Of a stretch of 64,000 nucleotides of DNA, positions 24,030 to 37,600 are shown in pieces. This DNA comes from Macrostomum lignano. Its lineage: Eukaryota. The translations under genes were made by a program, and so were the position numbers. The stretch's first letter is position 1; each line of letters opens with the position of its first letter. Below the pieces are notes generated by a model. It worked only from the letters and a program-made list of their open reading frames with translations, had not been told where the DNA came from and did not search any database. The stretch lies in contig NIVC01000151.1 in assembly GCA_002269645.1 (NCBI GenBank), forward strand, positions 496,001 to 560,000, given 5' to 3'.

Positions 24030-25150
24030 TCGGTCCGATCCCATTAGGTATCTGTACCAATCCTATTAGATGTCTGTACCAATCCTATTAGGTATCTGTA
24101 CCTATCCTATTAGGTATCTGTACCAATCCTATTAGGTATCTGTACCAATTCCATTAGGTATCTGTACCCATCCTATTAGGTATTTCTGTACCAATTCCAT
24201 TAGGTATCTGTACCAATCCTATTAGGTATCTGTACCTATCCTGTTAAGTATTTCTGTACCAATCCTATTAGGTATCTGTACCTATCCTATTAGGTATCTG
24301 TACCAATCCTATTAGTTATATCTGTACCAATTCCATTAGGTATCTGTACCCATCCTATTAGGTATTTCTGTACCAATTCCATTAGGTATCTGTACCAATC
24401 CTATTAGGTATCTGTACCTATCCTGTTAGGTATTTCTGTACCAATCCTATTAGGTATCTGTACCTATCCTATTAGGTATCTGTACCTATCCTATTAGGTA
24501 TCTGTACCAATCCTATTAGGTATCTGTACCAATCCTATTAGGTATCTGTACCAATTCCATTAGGTATCTGTACCCATCATATTAGGTATCTGTACCAATT
24601 CCATTAGGTATCTGTACCAATCCTATTAGGTATTCTGTACCAATTCCATTAGGTATCTGTACCCATCCTATTAGGTATCTGTACCAATTCCATTAGGTAT
24701 CTGTACCAATCCTATTAGGTATTCTGTACCAATTCCATTAGGTATCTGTACCCATCCTATTAGGTATCTGTACCAATTCCATTAGGTATCTGTACCCATC
24801 CTATTAGGTATCTGTACCAATTCCATTAGGTATCTGTACCCATCCTATTAGGTATCTGTACCAATTCCATTAGGTTCTGTACCCATCCTATTAGGTATCT
24901 GTACCAATTCCATTAGGTATCTGTACCCATCCTATTAGGTATCTGTACCAATTCCATTAGGTATCTGTACCCATCCTATTAGGTATCTGTACCAATTCCA
25001 TTAGGTATCTGTACCCATCCTATTAGGTATCTGTACCAATTCCATTAGGTATCTGTACCCATCCTATTAGGTATCTGTACCAATTCCATTAGGTATCTGT
25101 ACCAATCCTATTAGGTATTTGTATCAATTATATCAGATATCTGTACCAAT
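24030..25150. repeat. 22-bp minisatellite between LRMDA and ALG11
   Basis: CTGTACCAAT(C/T)C(T/C)ATTAGGTAT. Confidence 0.95.
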
Positions 25151-25721
25151 CGTGCTAGCCGTTACATTGCAGTGCTCAGAGTTGTACTCCAGCTATTTGT
25201 ATTTCTACTCTGGTGCTTCCTCCTGTGATTTGAAAGATTTTAAATTTACTTTAAAATACATGTATTCTATCTTGATGGGATGAAGTTAATTAAAGTTATT
25301 GATGAATCAAATTATTATGATGGTGCTGTATTAACAATAATCTGAAGTTTTCGCAGCGAATTTTTTAAACAGTTTTCTGCTCGCAACAGGAAATTTTGCT
25401 CCAATAAGTCAATAAAACTGAGTAAAACAGATAACGCGCTGTTCACAATATTCACAACGGCTTAGATCTAAACTTTTTAATGCATTTCTGCAGATGACAG
25501 ATCCTGTTAAAGATGATTAGAGATTTAGAATGAAATGAGAGACTTATAAGAAGATGGAAGATTTAGAATACTTGTAAAATGAGAGGAAACATTAGATTCA
25601 GGATGAGATTTGAGATGTAGGATGAGATTTGGGATTTAGGATAAGATGAGACATTTGGATAAGATGAGAGATTCAGGATGAGATTGTGGCGATAAGAATA
25701 AGCTAGGTAATATTTTTTGAG

Positions 25722-28058
25722 ATGAGATCCAGGGCGGGAGCTCACAAGCGCTCACAGCTCATCTATGCGCTCATTGCAGCCAGCATGATTGCCGTCATAT
25801 TGCTGATCGCGGTGAACTTCCTACTCATCATGTACGCGCCCGTCATGCAGCTGGTCAGCTTCATCCTGCTGGTTGCCTTCATGACGCGGCGCCGGTCGCT
25901 GCACGAGAGCCGGGAGCAGCTGCGGCAGGAGCTCGGGCTGACCGAGGGCGAAGTCATGGTGGGCTTCTTCCACCCCAACTGCAACGCTGGCGGCGGCGGC
26001 GAGCGGGTGCTGTGGCTGGCCGTGCGGGCCCTGCAGATCGAGCACGGCAATAAGGTTCAGCTCTTTGTCTACACCGGAGATCTGGACGCGTACAAAGACT
26101 CGCCGGAGTTCGACCCGGCCGCTGAGGGGGAAATGAGCCAGGCGGATAAAGAACGGCTGGCTGGGAAGGCCATTTTGGCTAAGGTGGGTCCGCCACCCCA
26201 ATTTATATATCCGAGTTTCCCGCCACCCCAATGTACATATCCGAGTTTCCCGCCACCCCAATGTACATATCCGAGTTTCCCGCCACCCCAATGTACATAT
26301 CCGAGTTTCCCGCCACCCCAATGTACATATCCGAGTTTCCCGCCACCCCAATGTACATATGTACATACCCACCCCAATGTACATATCCGAGTTTCCCGCC
26401 ACCCCAATGTACATATCCGAGTTTCCCGCCACCTCAATTTATATATCCGAGTTTCCCGCCACCCCAATGTACATATCAGAGTTTCCCGCCACCCCAATGT
26501 ACATATTGGGGTGTATTGAGGGTGTTCCCGCCACCCCAATGTACATACCCCAATGTACATACCCACCTGGCTAAGGTGGGTCCGCCACCCCAATTTATAT
26601 ATCCGAGTTTCCCGCCACCCCAATGTACATATCCGAGTTTCCCGCCACCCCAATTTATATATCCGAGTTTCCCGCCACCCCAATGTACATATCCGAGTTT
26701 CCTCGCCACCCCAATGTACATATCCGAGTTTCCCGCCACCCCAATGTACATATCCGAGTTTCCCGCCACCCCAATGTACATATCCGAGTTTCCTCGCCAC
26801 CCCAATGTACATATCCGAGTTTCCTGCCACCCCAGTGTACATATCCGAGTTTCCCGCCACCCCAATGTACATATCCGAGTTTCCCGCCACCCCAATGTAC
26901 ATATCCGAGTTTCCCGCCACCCCAATGTACATATGCGAGTTTCCCGCACCCCAATGTACATATCCGAGTTTCCCGCCACCCCAATGTACATATCCGAGTT
27001 TCCCGCCACCCCAATGTACATATCCGAGTTTCCCGCCACCCCAATGTACATATCCGAGTTTTCCGCCACCCCAATCTACACACATTCACAATCCGCAATG
27101 TGCAAGCATTCACCACCCAACCACTCCTAAGCACCCGCCACGCTGGCCCGCCGCTCCCGCAGGTGGAGCGCACGCTTGGCGTGGGCATGCCGGACCCAGA
27201 CTCAATCCGTTTCGCCTTCCTGTCCGGCCGGGACCGGATCAACCCGGCCCGCTACCCGCGCCTGACGCTGCTCCGGCAGAGCATCGGCGGCGCCGTCCTC
27301 GGCCTGGAGGCGATCGGCCTGGCCAACCCGGACGTCATGATCGACACCATGGGCTGCCACTTCGCCGGCGCCGTCTTCCGCTACTTCGGCGGCTGCAAGA
27401 CCGCCTGCTACGTGCACTACCCGCTCATCTCCACCGACATGATCGAGGTGGTCAACGCCAACTCAGTGGCGGTCAACAATCCCACAACGAACTCGCCGTT
27501 CAAGCGGCTGGCCAAGCTGGTGTACTACCGCCTGTTCGCCCTGCTGTACGGCTGGTTCGGCCGGCGCTGGAACCTCGTAATGACCAACTCCAGCTGGACC
27601 ACCGGGCACATCGCCAGCCTGTGGGGCTGCCAGCTGCCTCGCCTGCTGTACCCGCCGGTCTACGTGAAAGAGTTCGCCCACCTCGGCCCGGACAGCCTGG
27701 CCGGCCGCCTTCCCATCGTGCTGTCCGTGGCGCAGTTCCGGCCAGAGAAGGACCACCCGCTGCAGCTGCGCGCCTTCGCCAAGTTTCTCCAGCTGGCGCC
27801 GAAAGAAGTCGCCGACAAGGCCAGCCTGGTGCTCATCGGCGGCTGCCGCAACGACGAAGACAGCGCCAGGGTGGACCGGCTGCGCTGCCTGGCCGAGGAG
27901 CTGAGCATTGAGGACCGGGTTCGATTCCAGGTAGGCTTGGATTGTCTGCCTGTCTGTCTGTCTGTCTGTCTGCCTGCCTGTCTGCCTGTTTGTCTGTCTG
28001 TCTGCCTGCCTGCCTGCCTGCCTGTCTGTCTGTCTGCCTGTCTGTCTGTCTGTCTGCC

Positions 28059-28095
<37 letters not shown>

Positions 28096-28212
28096 GCCTG
28101 CCTGTCTGTCTGTCTGTCTGTCTGTCTGCCTGCCTGTCTGTCTGTCTGCCTGCCTGCCTGCCTGCCTGTCTGTCTGTCTGTCTGCCTGTCTGTCTGTCTG
28201 CCTGCCTGTCTG

Positions 28213-28273
<61 letters not shown>

Positions 28274-28286
28274 GCCTGCCTGTCTG

Positions 28287-28359
<73 letters not shown>

Positions 28360-28789
28360 GGCTCTCCGTGTGACCCATCAGCTTCAATTCCTTGTCCCGC
28401 CGCAGGTGAACGCCCCGCACTCCGAGCTGCGCACCTGGCTAGAGAAGGCCCGCATTGGCCTGCATTCCATGCGCGACGAGCACTTTGGCATCGGCATTGT
28501 CGACATGATGGCGGCCGGGCTGACAGTCATCGCCCACAACTCCGGCGGCCCCAAGATGGACATTGTCACGGACCCACAGCTCGGCTTCCTTGCTGCCACT
28601 GAGGACGAGTACGCTCAGGCACTGGTCGACGCCTTCAGCCTGGACGACAAGCAGCTGCGCCGTCGCTTCGAGGCCGTCAGGCGGCACATCGAGAAGTTCG
28701 CCGAGGAGAAAAACTTCATGCCGGGCTTCTGCCAGCTCACCAAGCCGCTCATCGACTACCGCGGCGGCGAACACGTTGTGGGGTACTGA
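25722..28789 (+). CDS. ALG11: GDP-Man:Man3GlcNAc2-PP-Dol alpha-1,2-mannosyltransferase; exons 25722-26183, 27163-27930, 28406-28789 (start codon uncertain)
   Basis: N-terminal [90 protein letters not shown]. Canonical phase-0 introns. Confidence 0.95.
26190..27075. repeat. 30-bp minisatellite in ALG11 intron 1
   Basis: CCACCCCAATGTACATATCCGAGTTTCCCG. Confidence 0.95.
27945..28360. repeat. (CTGT)n/(CTGC)n microsatellite in ALG11 intron 2
   Basis: Direct. Confidence 0.95.
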
Positions 28790-29180
28790 TTGGCTGGCTT
28801 GGAGTTGGGTACTGATTGGCTGGCTTGAAGCTGGGTACTGATTGGCTGGCTTGGAGTTAGGTGCTGATTGGCTGGCTTGAAGCTGGGTACTGATTGGCTG
28901 GCTTGGAGTTGAGTGCTGATTGGCTGGCTTGAAGCTGGGTACTGATTGGCAGGCTTGAAGTTGGGTACTGATTGGCTGGCTTGGAGTTAGGTACTGATTG
29001 GCTGGCTTGGAGTTGGGTACTGATTGGCTGGCTTGAAGCTGGGTACTGATTGGCTGGCTTGGAGTTGGGTACTGATTGTCTGGCTTGGAGCTGGGTGCTG
29101 ATTGGCTGGCTTGGAGCTGGGTGCTGATTGGCTGGCTTGGAGCTGGGTGCTGATTGGCTAGCTGAGAGCTGGGTTCTGAT
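28781..29180. repeat. 26-bp minisatellite overlapping the ALG11 stop codon
   Basis: GGGTACTGATTGGCTGGCTTGGAGTT; the first unit supplies GGG TAC TGA. Confidence 0.9.
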
Positions 29181-29669
29181 TACCTTGGTTTAGAAAAAAA
29201 TTTAGTTTTAAAAAAGCTTCATGATATTCGCTTTTGACCTTTAAAGCTGCTATTTAAATAAACGGCCTTGTTAAAATCCTTATTTATTTGTGTTGGTGTC
29301 TGGTTTGCATACTCTGTATTGTGCACCTATTAACAAGTTTTTGTTTCCCTTTTTATTATAATAGGAATAATTGGCATTTTTCTTTAACATAATCAGTTCA
29401 GCTTTGTACTTTTAAATGATAGGCATAACATTGCTTGAATACATCGTTAATCTAACCCATGGTTACTATTTGAATTCATCATAGCGTCTATTGGGTATTT
29501 TAAGTCAACTATGAGCCGCCCTAAGTTCAAAATCTGCAGTCACAATTTTTATAAACTGATTGTTTACTGTCTGGCAGAGCAGAACTGCTGTGATTTTCCT
29601 GGTTGAAAACTGATGTTAACGCTTTGTACGATCTTCCAGAATCTGCGCTGATCACTGCCTTCATCCATC

Positions 29670-29815
29670 ATCCCGCAATGTACACTTCCCGCCAACCCCA
29701 TCATCCCTCACCCCAAATGTACACTCCGGCCAACCCCATCATCCCTCACCCCTAATGTACACTCCGGCCAACCCCATCATCCCTCACCCCAAATGTACAC
29801 TCCCGCCAACCCACC
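29670..29815. repeat. 38-bp tandem repeat x4
   Basis: CCCAAATGTACACTCCGGCCAACCCCATCATCCCTCAC. Confidence 0.85.
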
Positions 29816-30242
29816 AATCATATATTTAACTTTGCTGTGTTATGCTTTACTCTGCACCTTCTCTTGTGTTAACAATATGGCGTGCCAATTGTGAAGAATT
29901 TCCAATATTTATATTTACTGCGTGAATTATTATTTCCGTACAAGTGTGCTTTTGTATTTCGTGTTTTTAACCGTCTTGTCTCATTAATAGGCACCATATA
30001 TAGATGCTATCTGCTGGCAACTTGTCGGTGTGCGCAGAATTTTCCCTTTCCATGTGTCTGGGATGCCTGTGCCTCGTGTTTTATTAATACCACCTGTTTG
30101 TGAAAATAAATTACTTTAACAAATCCAGTCTTAGCTCCATCTCTCACTTATTTGCATTATCGATTTTGTACAGCGCAATAGAGATTAGTAATCCAGTTCC
30201 TTATCCCGTTTGCTTTTTTGTTGGTGCGATACTCTAATAAAA

Positions 30243-31435
30243 CGGGAATATCCCACAAGGGGATTATCCCACAAGGGGATTATCCCACAAAAGGATTATC
30301 CCACAAGGGGATTATCCCACAAGTGGATTATCCCACAAGGGGATTATCCCACAAGGCGTTTATTCCACAAGGGGAATATCCCACAAGGAGATTATCCCAC
30401 AAGGGGAATATCCCACAAGGAGTATCGCACAAGGGAAATGTCCCACAAGGATTATCCCACAAGGGGATTATCCCACAAGGGGATTATCCCACAAGGGGAT
30501 TATCCCACAAGGGGATTATCCCACAAGGGGATTATCCCACAAGGGGATTATCCCACAAGGGGATTATCCCACAAGGGGAATATCCCACAAGGGAAATGTC
30601 CCACAAGGGAAATGTCCCACAAGGAGTATCCCACAAGGGAAATGTCCCACAAGGAGTATCCCACAAGGGGAATATCCCAAAAGGAATATCACACAAGGTG
30701 AATATCCCACAAGAAATATCCCACAAGGAGTATCCCACAAGGGGAATATCCCAAAAGGAATATCACACAAGGGGAATATCCCACAAGGAATATCCCACAA
30801 GGGGATTATCCCACAAGGGGAATATCCCACAAGGAATATCTCACAAGGGGAATATCCCACAAGGGGATTATCCCACAAGGAGAATATCCCACAAGGGGGT
30901 TATCCCACAAGGGAATTATCCCACAAGGGGGTTATCCCACAAGGGAATTATCCCACAATGGGATTATCCCACAAGGGGAATATCCCACAAGGAATATCCC
31001 ACAAAGGGAATATCTCACAAGGGGGAGTATCCCACAAGGGGAATATCCCACAAGGGGATTATCCCGCAAGGGTAATATCCCACAAGGAATATCCCACAAA
31101 GGGAATATCTCACAAGGGGGAGTATCCCACAAGGGGAATATCCCACAAGGGGATTATCCCACAAGGGGAATATCCCACAAGGAATATCCCACAAAGGGAA
31201 TATCTCACAAGGGGGAGTATCCCACAAGGGGAATATCCCACAGGGGGATTATCCCACAAGGGGATTATCCCACAAGGGGAATATCCCACAAGGAATATCC
31301 CACAAAGGGAATATCTCACAAGGGGGAGTATCCCACAAGGGGAATATCCCACAGGGGGATTATCCCACAAGGAATATGTCCACAGAGGATCTATCCTACA
31401 GAGGAGGCATGTATCCCAGAGATGGAAAGTATTGC
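30243..31435. repeat. 14-15-bp modular minisatellite upstream of the Ig/FN3 gene
   Basis: TATCCCACAAGGGGA variants. Confidence 0.95.
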
Positions 31436-31679
31436 ACATAAGACAGGCATATCCCACGGAGAAATTGCCAGTTTTAAGTAGCCTCTGCAGTATCCAAAAG
31501 GAACTCAAGATGATTGCGAATGATTTAGACCGATCTCATGCATGTGCTCAGCCGACAGAGCAACAGCGCTCTAAATCAAGCATCGCCTTTCCAGGCCTCT
31601 CAGCTCTTCTTTTACAGCCCAAATATCTGCCTGACAGCCAACAGCCAATCGAAGCAAGGCTGAATTCTTGAAGCTCAAC

Positions 31680-34600
31680 ATGCGCAGCAAACCGCTTGGT
31701 AAGTTACGCCAGTTTACTGCCTGTCTCCATGGCAACGGGTCTTTCATTTTGTTGCCAATGTTTTTGAATTTCAGCTTGGCTGCATTTTTGCCTGCCGCCG
31801 CTGCTTATCCTGCTTCTGGCCCAGCGGACTGGCGCCCAGGACCTGCCGCTCATCAGCGAGGCCAATTCGGGCGCCGACCTGACCGCCGCGCTAGGCGCCA
31901 GCGTCAATCTCACCTGCGTGGCACTGCGGAATGCCTCCGTGAGACAGCCGTGCTGGAAGCAGTGATTTTGTTCGGGACTTGGATTGGGATGCTGTTTGGG
32001 GATTAGGGCTATCCCTAATCATTTTTGGAGGCCTGGGGTCAGGTGTTGGGGGTTTGGGGTCAGGTGTTGGGGGTTTGGGGTCAGGTGTTGGGGGTTTGGG
32101 GTCAGGTGTTGGAGGTCTGGGGTCAGGTCTTCGGGGTTTGGGGTCAGGTGTTGTGGGTTTGGGGTCAGGTGTTGGGGGTTTGGGGTCAGGTGTTGGGGGT
32201 TTGGGGTCAGGTGTTGGAGGTCTGGGGTAAGGTCTTGGAGTTCTGGGATCAGGTCTTCGGGGTTTGGGGTCAGGTGTTGTGGGTTTGGGGTCAGGTGTTG
32301 GGGGTTTCGGGTCAGGTGTTGGAGGTCTGGGGTCAGGTCTTGGAGTTCTGGGGTCAGGTCTTCGGGGTTTGGGGTCAGGTGTTGTGGGTTTGGGGTCAGG
32401 TGTTGGGGGTTTGGGGTCAGGTGTTGGGGGTTTCGGATCAGGTGTTGGGTGTTTCGGGTCAGGTGTTAAGTGTTTCGGGTCAGGTGTTGGGGGTTTGGGG
32501 TCAGGTGTTGGGTGTTTCGGGTCAGGTGTTGGGTGTTTCGGGTCAGGTGTTGGGGGTTTCGGGTCAGGTGTTGGGGGTTTCGGGTCAGGTGTTGGGTGTT
32601 TCGGGTCAGGTGTTGGGAGACAGAGTCGGATATTCATTGACAGAGAGAATTGGCCACAGTTAGGATAGAGGGTCAGATAGTTAGGATAGAGGGTCAGGTA
32701 GTTAGGATAGAGGGTCAGGTAGTTAGGATAGGGTCAGATAGTTAGGATAGAGGAGGATAGGGTCAGAGAGTGCAATGTGAAGAGTTGAGACCACCCCATC
32801 AACTCAGAAGCCCCCCTGCCCATCAGGTGGCCTGGTACTTCACTGACCAGCACCTGTTCGTGTCCAGCTACTCGGGAGACTCCGCTCCACAGCAGCTGCT
32901 GTCCAGTGGACACGCCTACTCTGTCCAGTCCCTGACCCCTGCCGCTGTGGGCAACCTGACCAACGAGTACTTGGCGCTGACCCTGACAGTGCAGGTGTCC
33001 GAGCAGACCTTCGGGCACTACCAGTGCCAGGCCAGCCTGGGCTCGGCCTCCAAGCAGGTGCACGACATCTACCTGAGAATCAACGGCTCGCTGGGGCCCG
33101 AACTGAACAGGAGCGCCTTCTATAGTGAGTCTTTGTTCTGATAGTGCGCGTTTGATTGTGGAGCGGCGTCTATAGTGAGTCTTTGTTCTAGTAGTGCGCG
33201 TTTGATTGTGGAGCGGCTTCTATAGTGAGTCTGTTCTAGTAGTGCGCGTTTGATTGTGGAGCGGCTTCTATAGTGAGTCTTTGTTCTAGTAGTGCGCGTT
33301 TGATTGTGGAGCGGCTTCTATAGTGAGTCTTTGTTCTAGTAGTGCGCGTTTGATTGTGGAGCGGCTTCTATAGTGAGTCTGTTCTAGTAGTGCGCGTTTG
33401 ATTGTGGAGCGGCTTCTATAGTGAGTCTTTGTTCTAGTAGTGCGCGTTTGATTGTGGAGCGGCTTCTATAGTGAGTCTTTGTTCTAGTAGTGCGCGTTTG
33501 ATTGTGGAGCGGCTTCTATAGTGAGTCTGTTCTAGTAGTGCGCGTTTGATTGTGGAGCGGCTTCTATAGGAGTCTTTGTTCTAGTAGTGCGCGTTTGATT
33601 GTGGAGCGGCTTCTATAGTGAGTCTTTGTTCTAGTAGTGCGCGTTTGATTGTGGAGCGGCTTCTATAGTGAGTCTTTGTTCTAGTAGTGCGCGTTTGATT
33701 GTGGAGCGGCTTCTATAGTGAGTCTGTTCTAGTAGTGCGCGTTTGATTGTGGAGCGGCTTCTATAGTGAGTCTTTGTTCTAGTAGTGCGCGTTTGATTGT
33801 GGAGCGGCTTCTATAGTGAGTCTGTTCTAGTAGTGCGCGTTTGATTGTGGAGCGGCTTCTATAGTGAGTCTTTGTTCTAGTAGTGCGCGTTTGATTGTGG
33901 AGCGGCTTCTATAGTGAGTCTTTGTTCTAGTAGTGCGCGTTTGATTGTGGAGCGGCTTCTATAGTGAGTCTTTGTTCTAGTAGTGCGCGTTTGATTGCGG
34001 AGCGGCTTCTATAGTGAGTCTTTGTTCTAGTAGTGCGCGTTTGATTGCGGAGCGGCTTCTATAATGAGTCTTTGTTCTAGGTAGTGTGCGTTTGATTGCA
34101 GAGCGGCTTCTATAATGAGTCTTTGTTCTAGTAGTGCGCGTTTGAGTGCGGAAAGACAGATCTATGAGATTTTCTAGTTTGTTCTGTGAGATTATGAGTC
34201 CGATCTGGGAGATTCCAGTCTAATCTGTGAGATTCCAGTCTGATCTGTGAGATTCCAGTCTAATCTGTGAGATTCCAGTCTGATGTGAGATTCCACTCTA
34301 ATATGTGAGATTCCAGTCTAATCTGTGAGATTTCGGTCTAATCTGTGAGATTCCAGTCTGATGTGAGATTCCACTCTAATATGTGAGATTCCAGTCTGGT
34401 ATTTGAGATTTCCTGTCTAAAATGTGAGATTCAGTTCTGATCTGTGAGATTCCAATATGATCTATGGAGATTCCAATCTAATCTGTGAGATTCCAGTCTG
34501 ATATGTGAGATTCCAGTCTGATCTGTGAAGCAAACAGAATGCTCTATGATTTTGACCGTGAGCTGTTTTTTCACAGAGATTCCGTACCTCAGCTCAGAGC

Positions 34601-37600
34601 AGCCTGACCGAATTCGAATTCCCGCGCTTCCCGCCCAGACTGCTGCATCGCCAAGGACCTCGCAGCCCAATGCCGCGTCTTCTGCGAGCCCTGGAAGCTG
34701 ACAGCCGACAGCAGCACCCTGTCGACCCTGTTTAACTGCCTATCCGACCTCAACAATAAGGTCGCCAGCTGCGGACTTGGTGAGCTGCAAACTGACCCAG
34801 ACGCTTTTTTACACTTTTTACAAATCCCATGCCTCCCCTGAATCCCATGCCTCCCCTGAATCCCATGCCTCCCCTGAATCCCATATTCCCTGAATCCCAT
34901 GCCTCCCCTGAATCCCATGCCTCCCCTGAATCCCATGCCTCCCCTGAATCCCATGCCTCGCCCGAATCCCATGCCTCCTCTGAATCCCATGCTCCCTGAA
35001 TCCCATGCCTCCCCTGAATCCCATGCTCCCTGAATCCCATGCCTCCCCTGAATCCCATGCTCCCTGAATCCCATGCCTCCCCTGAATCCCATGCTCCCTG
35101 AATCCCATGCCTCCCCTGAATCCCATGCTCCCTGAATCCCATGCCTCCCCTGAATCCCATGCTCCCTGAGTCCCATGCCTCCCCTGAATCCCATGCTCCC
35201 TGAATCCCATGCCTCCCCTGAATCCCATGCTCCCTGAATCCCATGCCTCCCCTGAATCCCATGCTCCCTGAATCCCATGCTCCCTGAATCCCATGCCTCC
35301 CCTGAGTCCCATGCCTCCCCTTAATCCTATGCCTCCCATGAGTCCCATGCCCCCCATGAGTCCCATGCCTCCCCTGAATCCCATGCCTCCCCTGAATCCC
35401 ATGCCTCCTCTGAATCCCATGCTCCCTGAATCCCATGCCTCCCCTGAATCCCATGCTCTCTTAATCCGATGCCTCCCATGAATCCCATGCTCCCTTAATC
35501 CGATGCCTCCCCTGAATCCCATGCTCCCTGAATCCCATGCCTCCCCTGAATCCCATGCTCCCTGAATCCCATGCCTCCCCTGAATCCCATGCCTCCCCTG
35601 AATCCCATGCTCTCTTAATCCGATGCCTCCCCTGAATCCCATGCTCCCTTAATCCCATGCCTCACATGAATCCCATGCTCCCTTAGTCCGATGCCTCCCA
35701 TGAATCCCATGCCTCCCCTGAATCATTTGCGTCCCTGAATCCCATGCCTCCCCTGAATCCCATGCCTCCCCTGAATCATTTGCGTCCCTGAATCCCATGC
35801 CTCCCCTGAATCCCATGCCTCCCCTGAATCCCTTGCATCCCTGAATCCCATGCTTCCCATGAATCCAATGTGTCCCCTTTACCAGACATCAACTCCCTCA
35901 TTTCCCCCTTTTCAAATCCAAAATCCCATTCCTATATCCCACCCGCAGGTTCCAGCAACGTTGGCCGCTGCTGCGCCCGCCAGGAAGTGCCAACGCCCTG
36001 CCTGCCGATGTGCCAGGCGGCCTCGAGCGCATCTTCGGCGCTCTCCACTGCCTTGCTGACCAACCCCGTCTGCTTTAACGGCACAGTGATGGAGGACATT
36101 TTCGTCTGTCATGCCGAGGGTCTTGGTGAGCAATGGGGAGAAATATCCCCGAAGTTTTTTTTAGTTTCTGGTGTTAGAGCTCGGTCCAATTGAATAGTTT
36201 AACGCTACCCTTACCATTCTGCCACTTTTTTCCATGATCACTCACTGACCTCTTTCCATGATCACTCACTGACCTCTTTCCATGATCACTCACTGACCTC
36301 TTTCCATGATCACTCACTGACCTCTTTCCATGATCACTCACTGACCTCTTTCCATGATCACTCACTGACCTCTTTCCGCGATCATTCACTAACCTCTTTC
36401 CATGATCACTCACTGACCTCTTTCCATGATCATTCACTGACCCTCTTTCCATGATCATTCACTGACCTCTTTCCATGATCACTCACTGACCTCTTTCCAT
36501 GATCACTCACTGACCTCTTTCCATGATCATTCACTGACCCTCTTTCCATGATCATTCACTGACCTCTTTCCATGATCACTCACTGACCTCTTTCCATGAT
36601 CATTCACTGACCTCTTTCCATGATCACTCACTGACCCTCTTTCCATGATCACTCACTGACCTCTTTCCATGATCACTCACTGACCTCTTTCCATGATCAT
36701 TCACTGACCTCTTTCCATAATCACTCACTGACCTCTTTCCATGATCATTCACTGACCTCTTTCCATGATCATTCACCAGCCTCTTCATCATCACTCATCT
36801 ACGTCTTCCCAATATTCCCTGTTCACCCAGTAGCCCCTTCAACTGGTTACCCAATGATCCATCTCCCGTTCTGTCAGTGAGCCCTTCCCTTGGTCACCCA
36901 GTGACCCCTTCCCCTGGTCAACCAGTGACCCCTTCCCCTGGTCACCCAGTGACCCCTTCCCCTGGTCACCCAGTGACCCCTTCCCCTGGTCACCCAGTGA
37001 CCCCTTCCCCTGGTCACCCAGTGACCCCTTCCCCTGGTCACCCAGTTACCCGCACTCAAGCGCCCAGCCGCCCGCAACTTTCAGTGAGCGTGCCCGGGCC
37101 GCCACTGGACGTGAGCGCCTCGCTAGACAAGGAGAAGCGGCAGATTTCGGTGAAGTGGGCCGAGCCCACCAGGAACCCGCAGCTGGTCAGGGGTTATTCT
37201 GTGCACTGGAAGGCGGACTCGGATGCTTACTTCTCTAGCGTGAGTCCTGCTTGGCTTTGCCTCAGAATTGGCCCGTGAGCACAGATGTTATCCGGTTTAT
37301 AGTTAAGCTGGTCCTACAACTAATTAACTAAATAAAGGGTTACTTGAGCTGGGCAGGAAAAACTGAGGTGGTCGGAACTTTCTGTGTTATCTAATTTGTA
37401 CTTCTCGTTGCCTTCAATTATGTAGAGTACGAGACTGATACAGTTAGACGGAAAAGAGATTAAAGAAAAAGCTAGAAAGAGAAGCTGAGGCACAAGTAGA
37501 TACATATGGAGGGGTAGGTACAGAGGGAGGGGTAGGTACAGAGGGAGGGGTAGGTACAGAGGGAGGGGTAGATGCAGGGGGAGGGGTAGATGCAGGGGGA

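Noticed and set aside
31758-31800. ATG at 31758 as the receptor start, needing a frameshift
   Set aside because: A 19-nt exon at 31680-31698 with a GTAAGT donor supplies an in-phase start without any error.
32658-32765. TTAGG-containing repeats as interstitial telomere
   Set aside because: TTAGG is embedded in a 21-bp unit, not arranged as tandem telomeric hexamers or pentamers.
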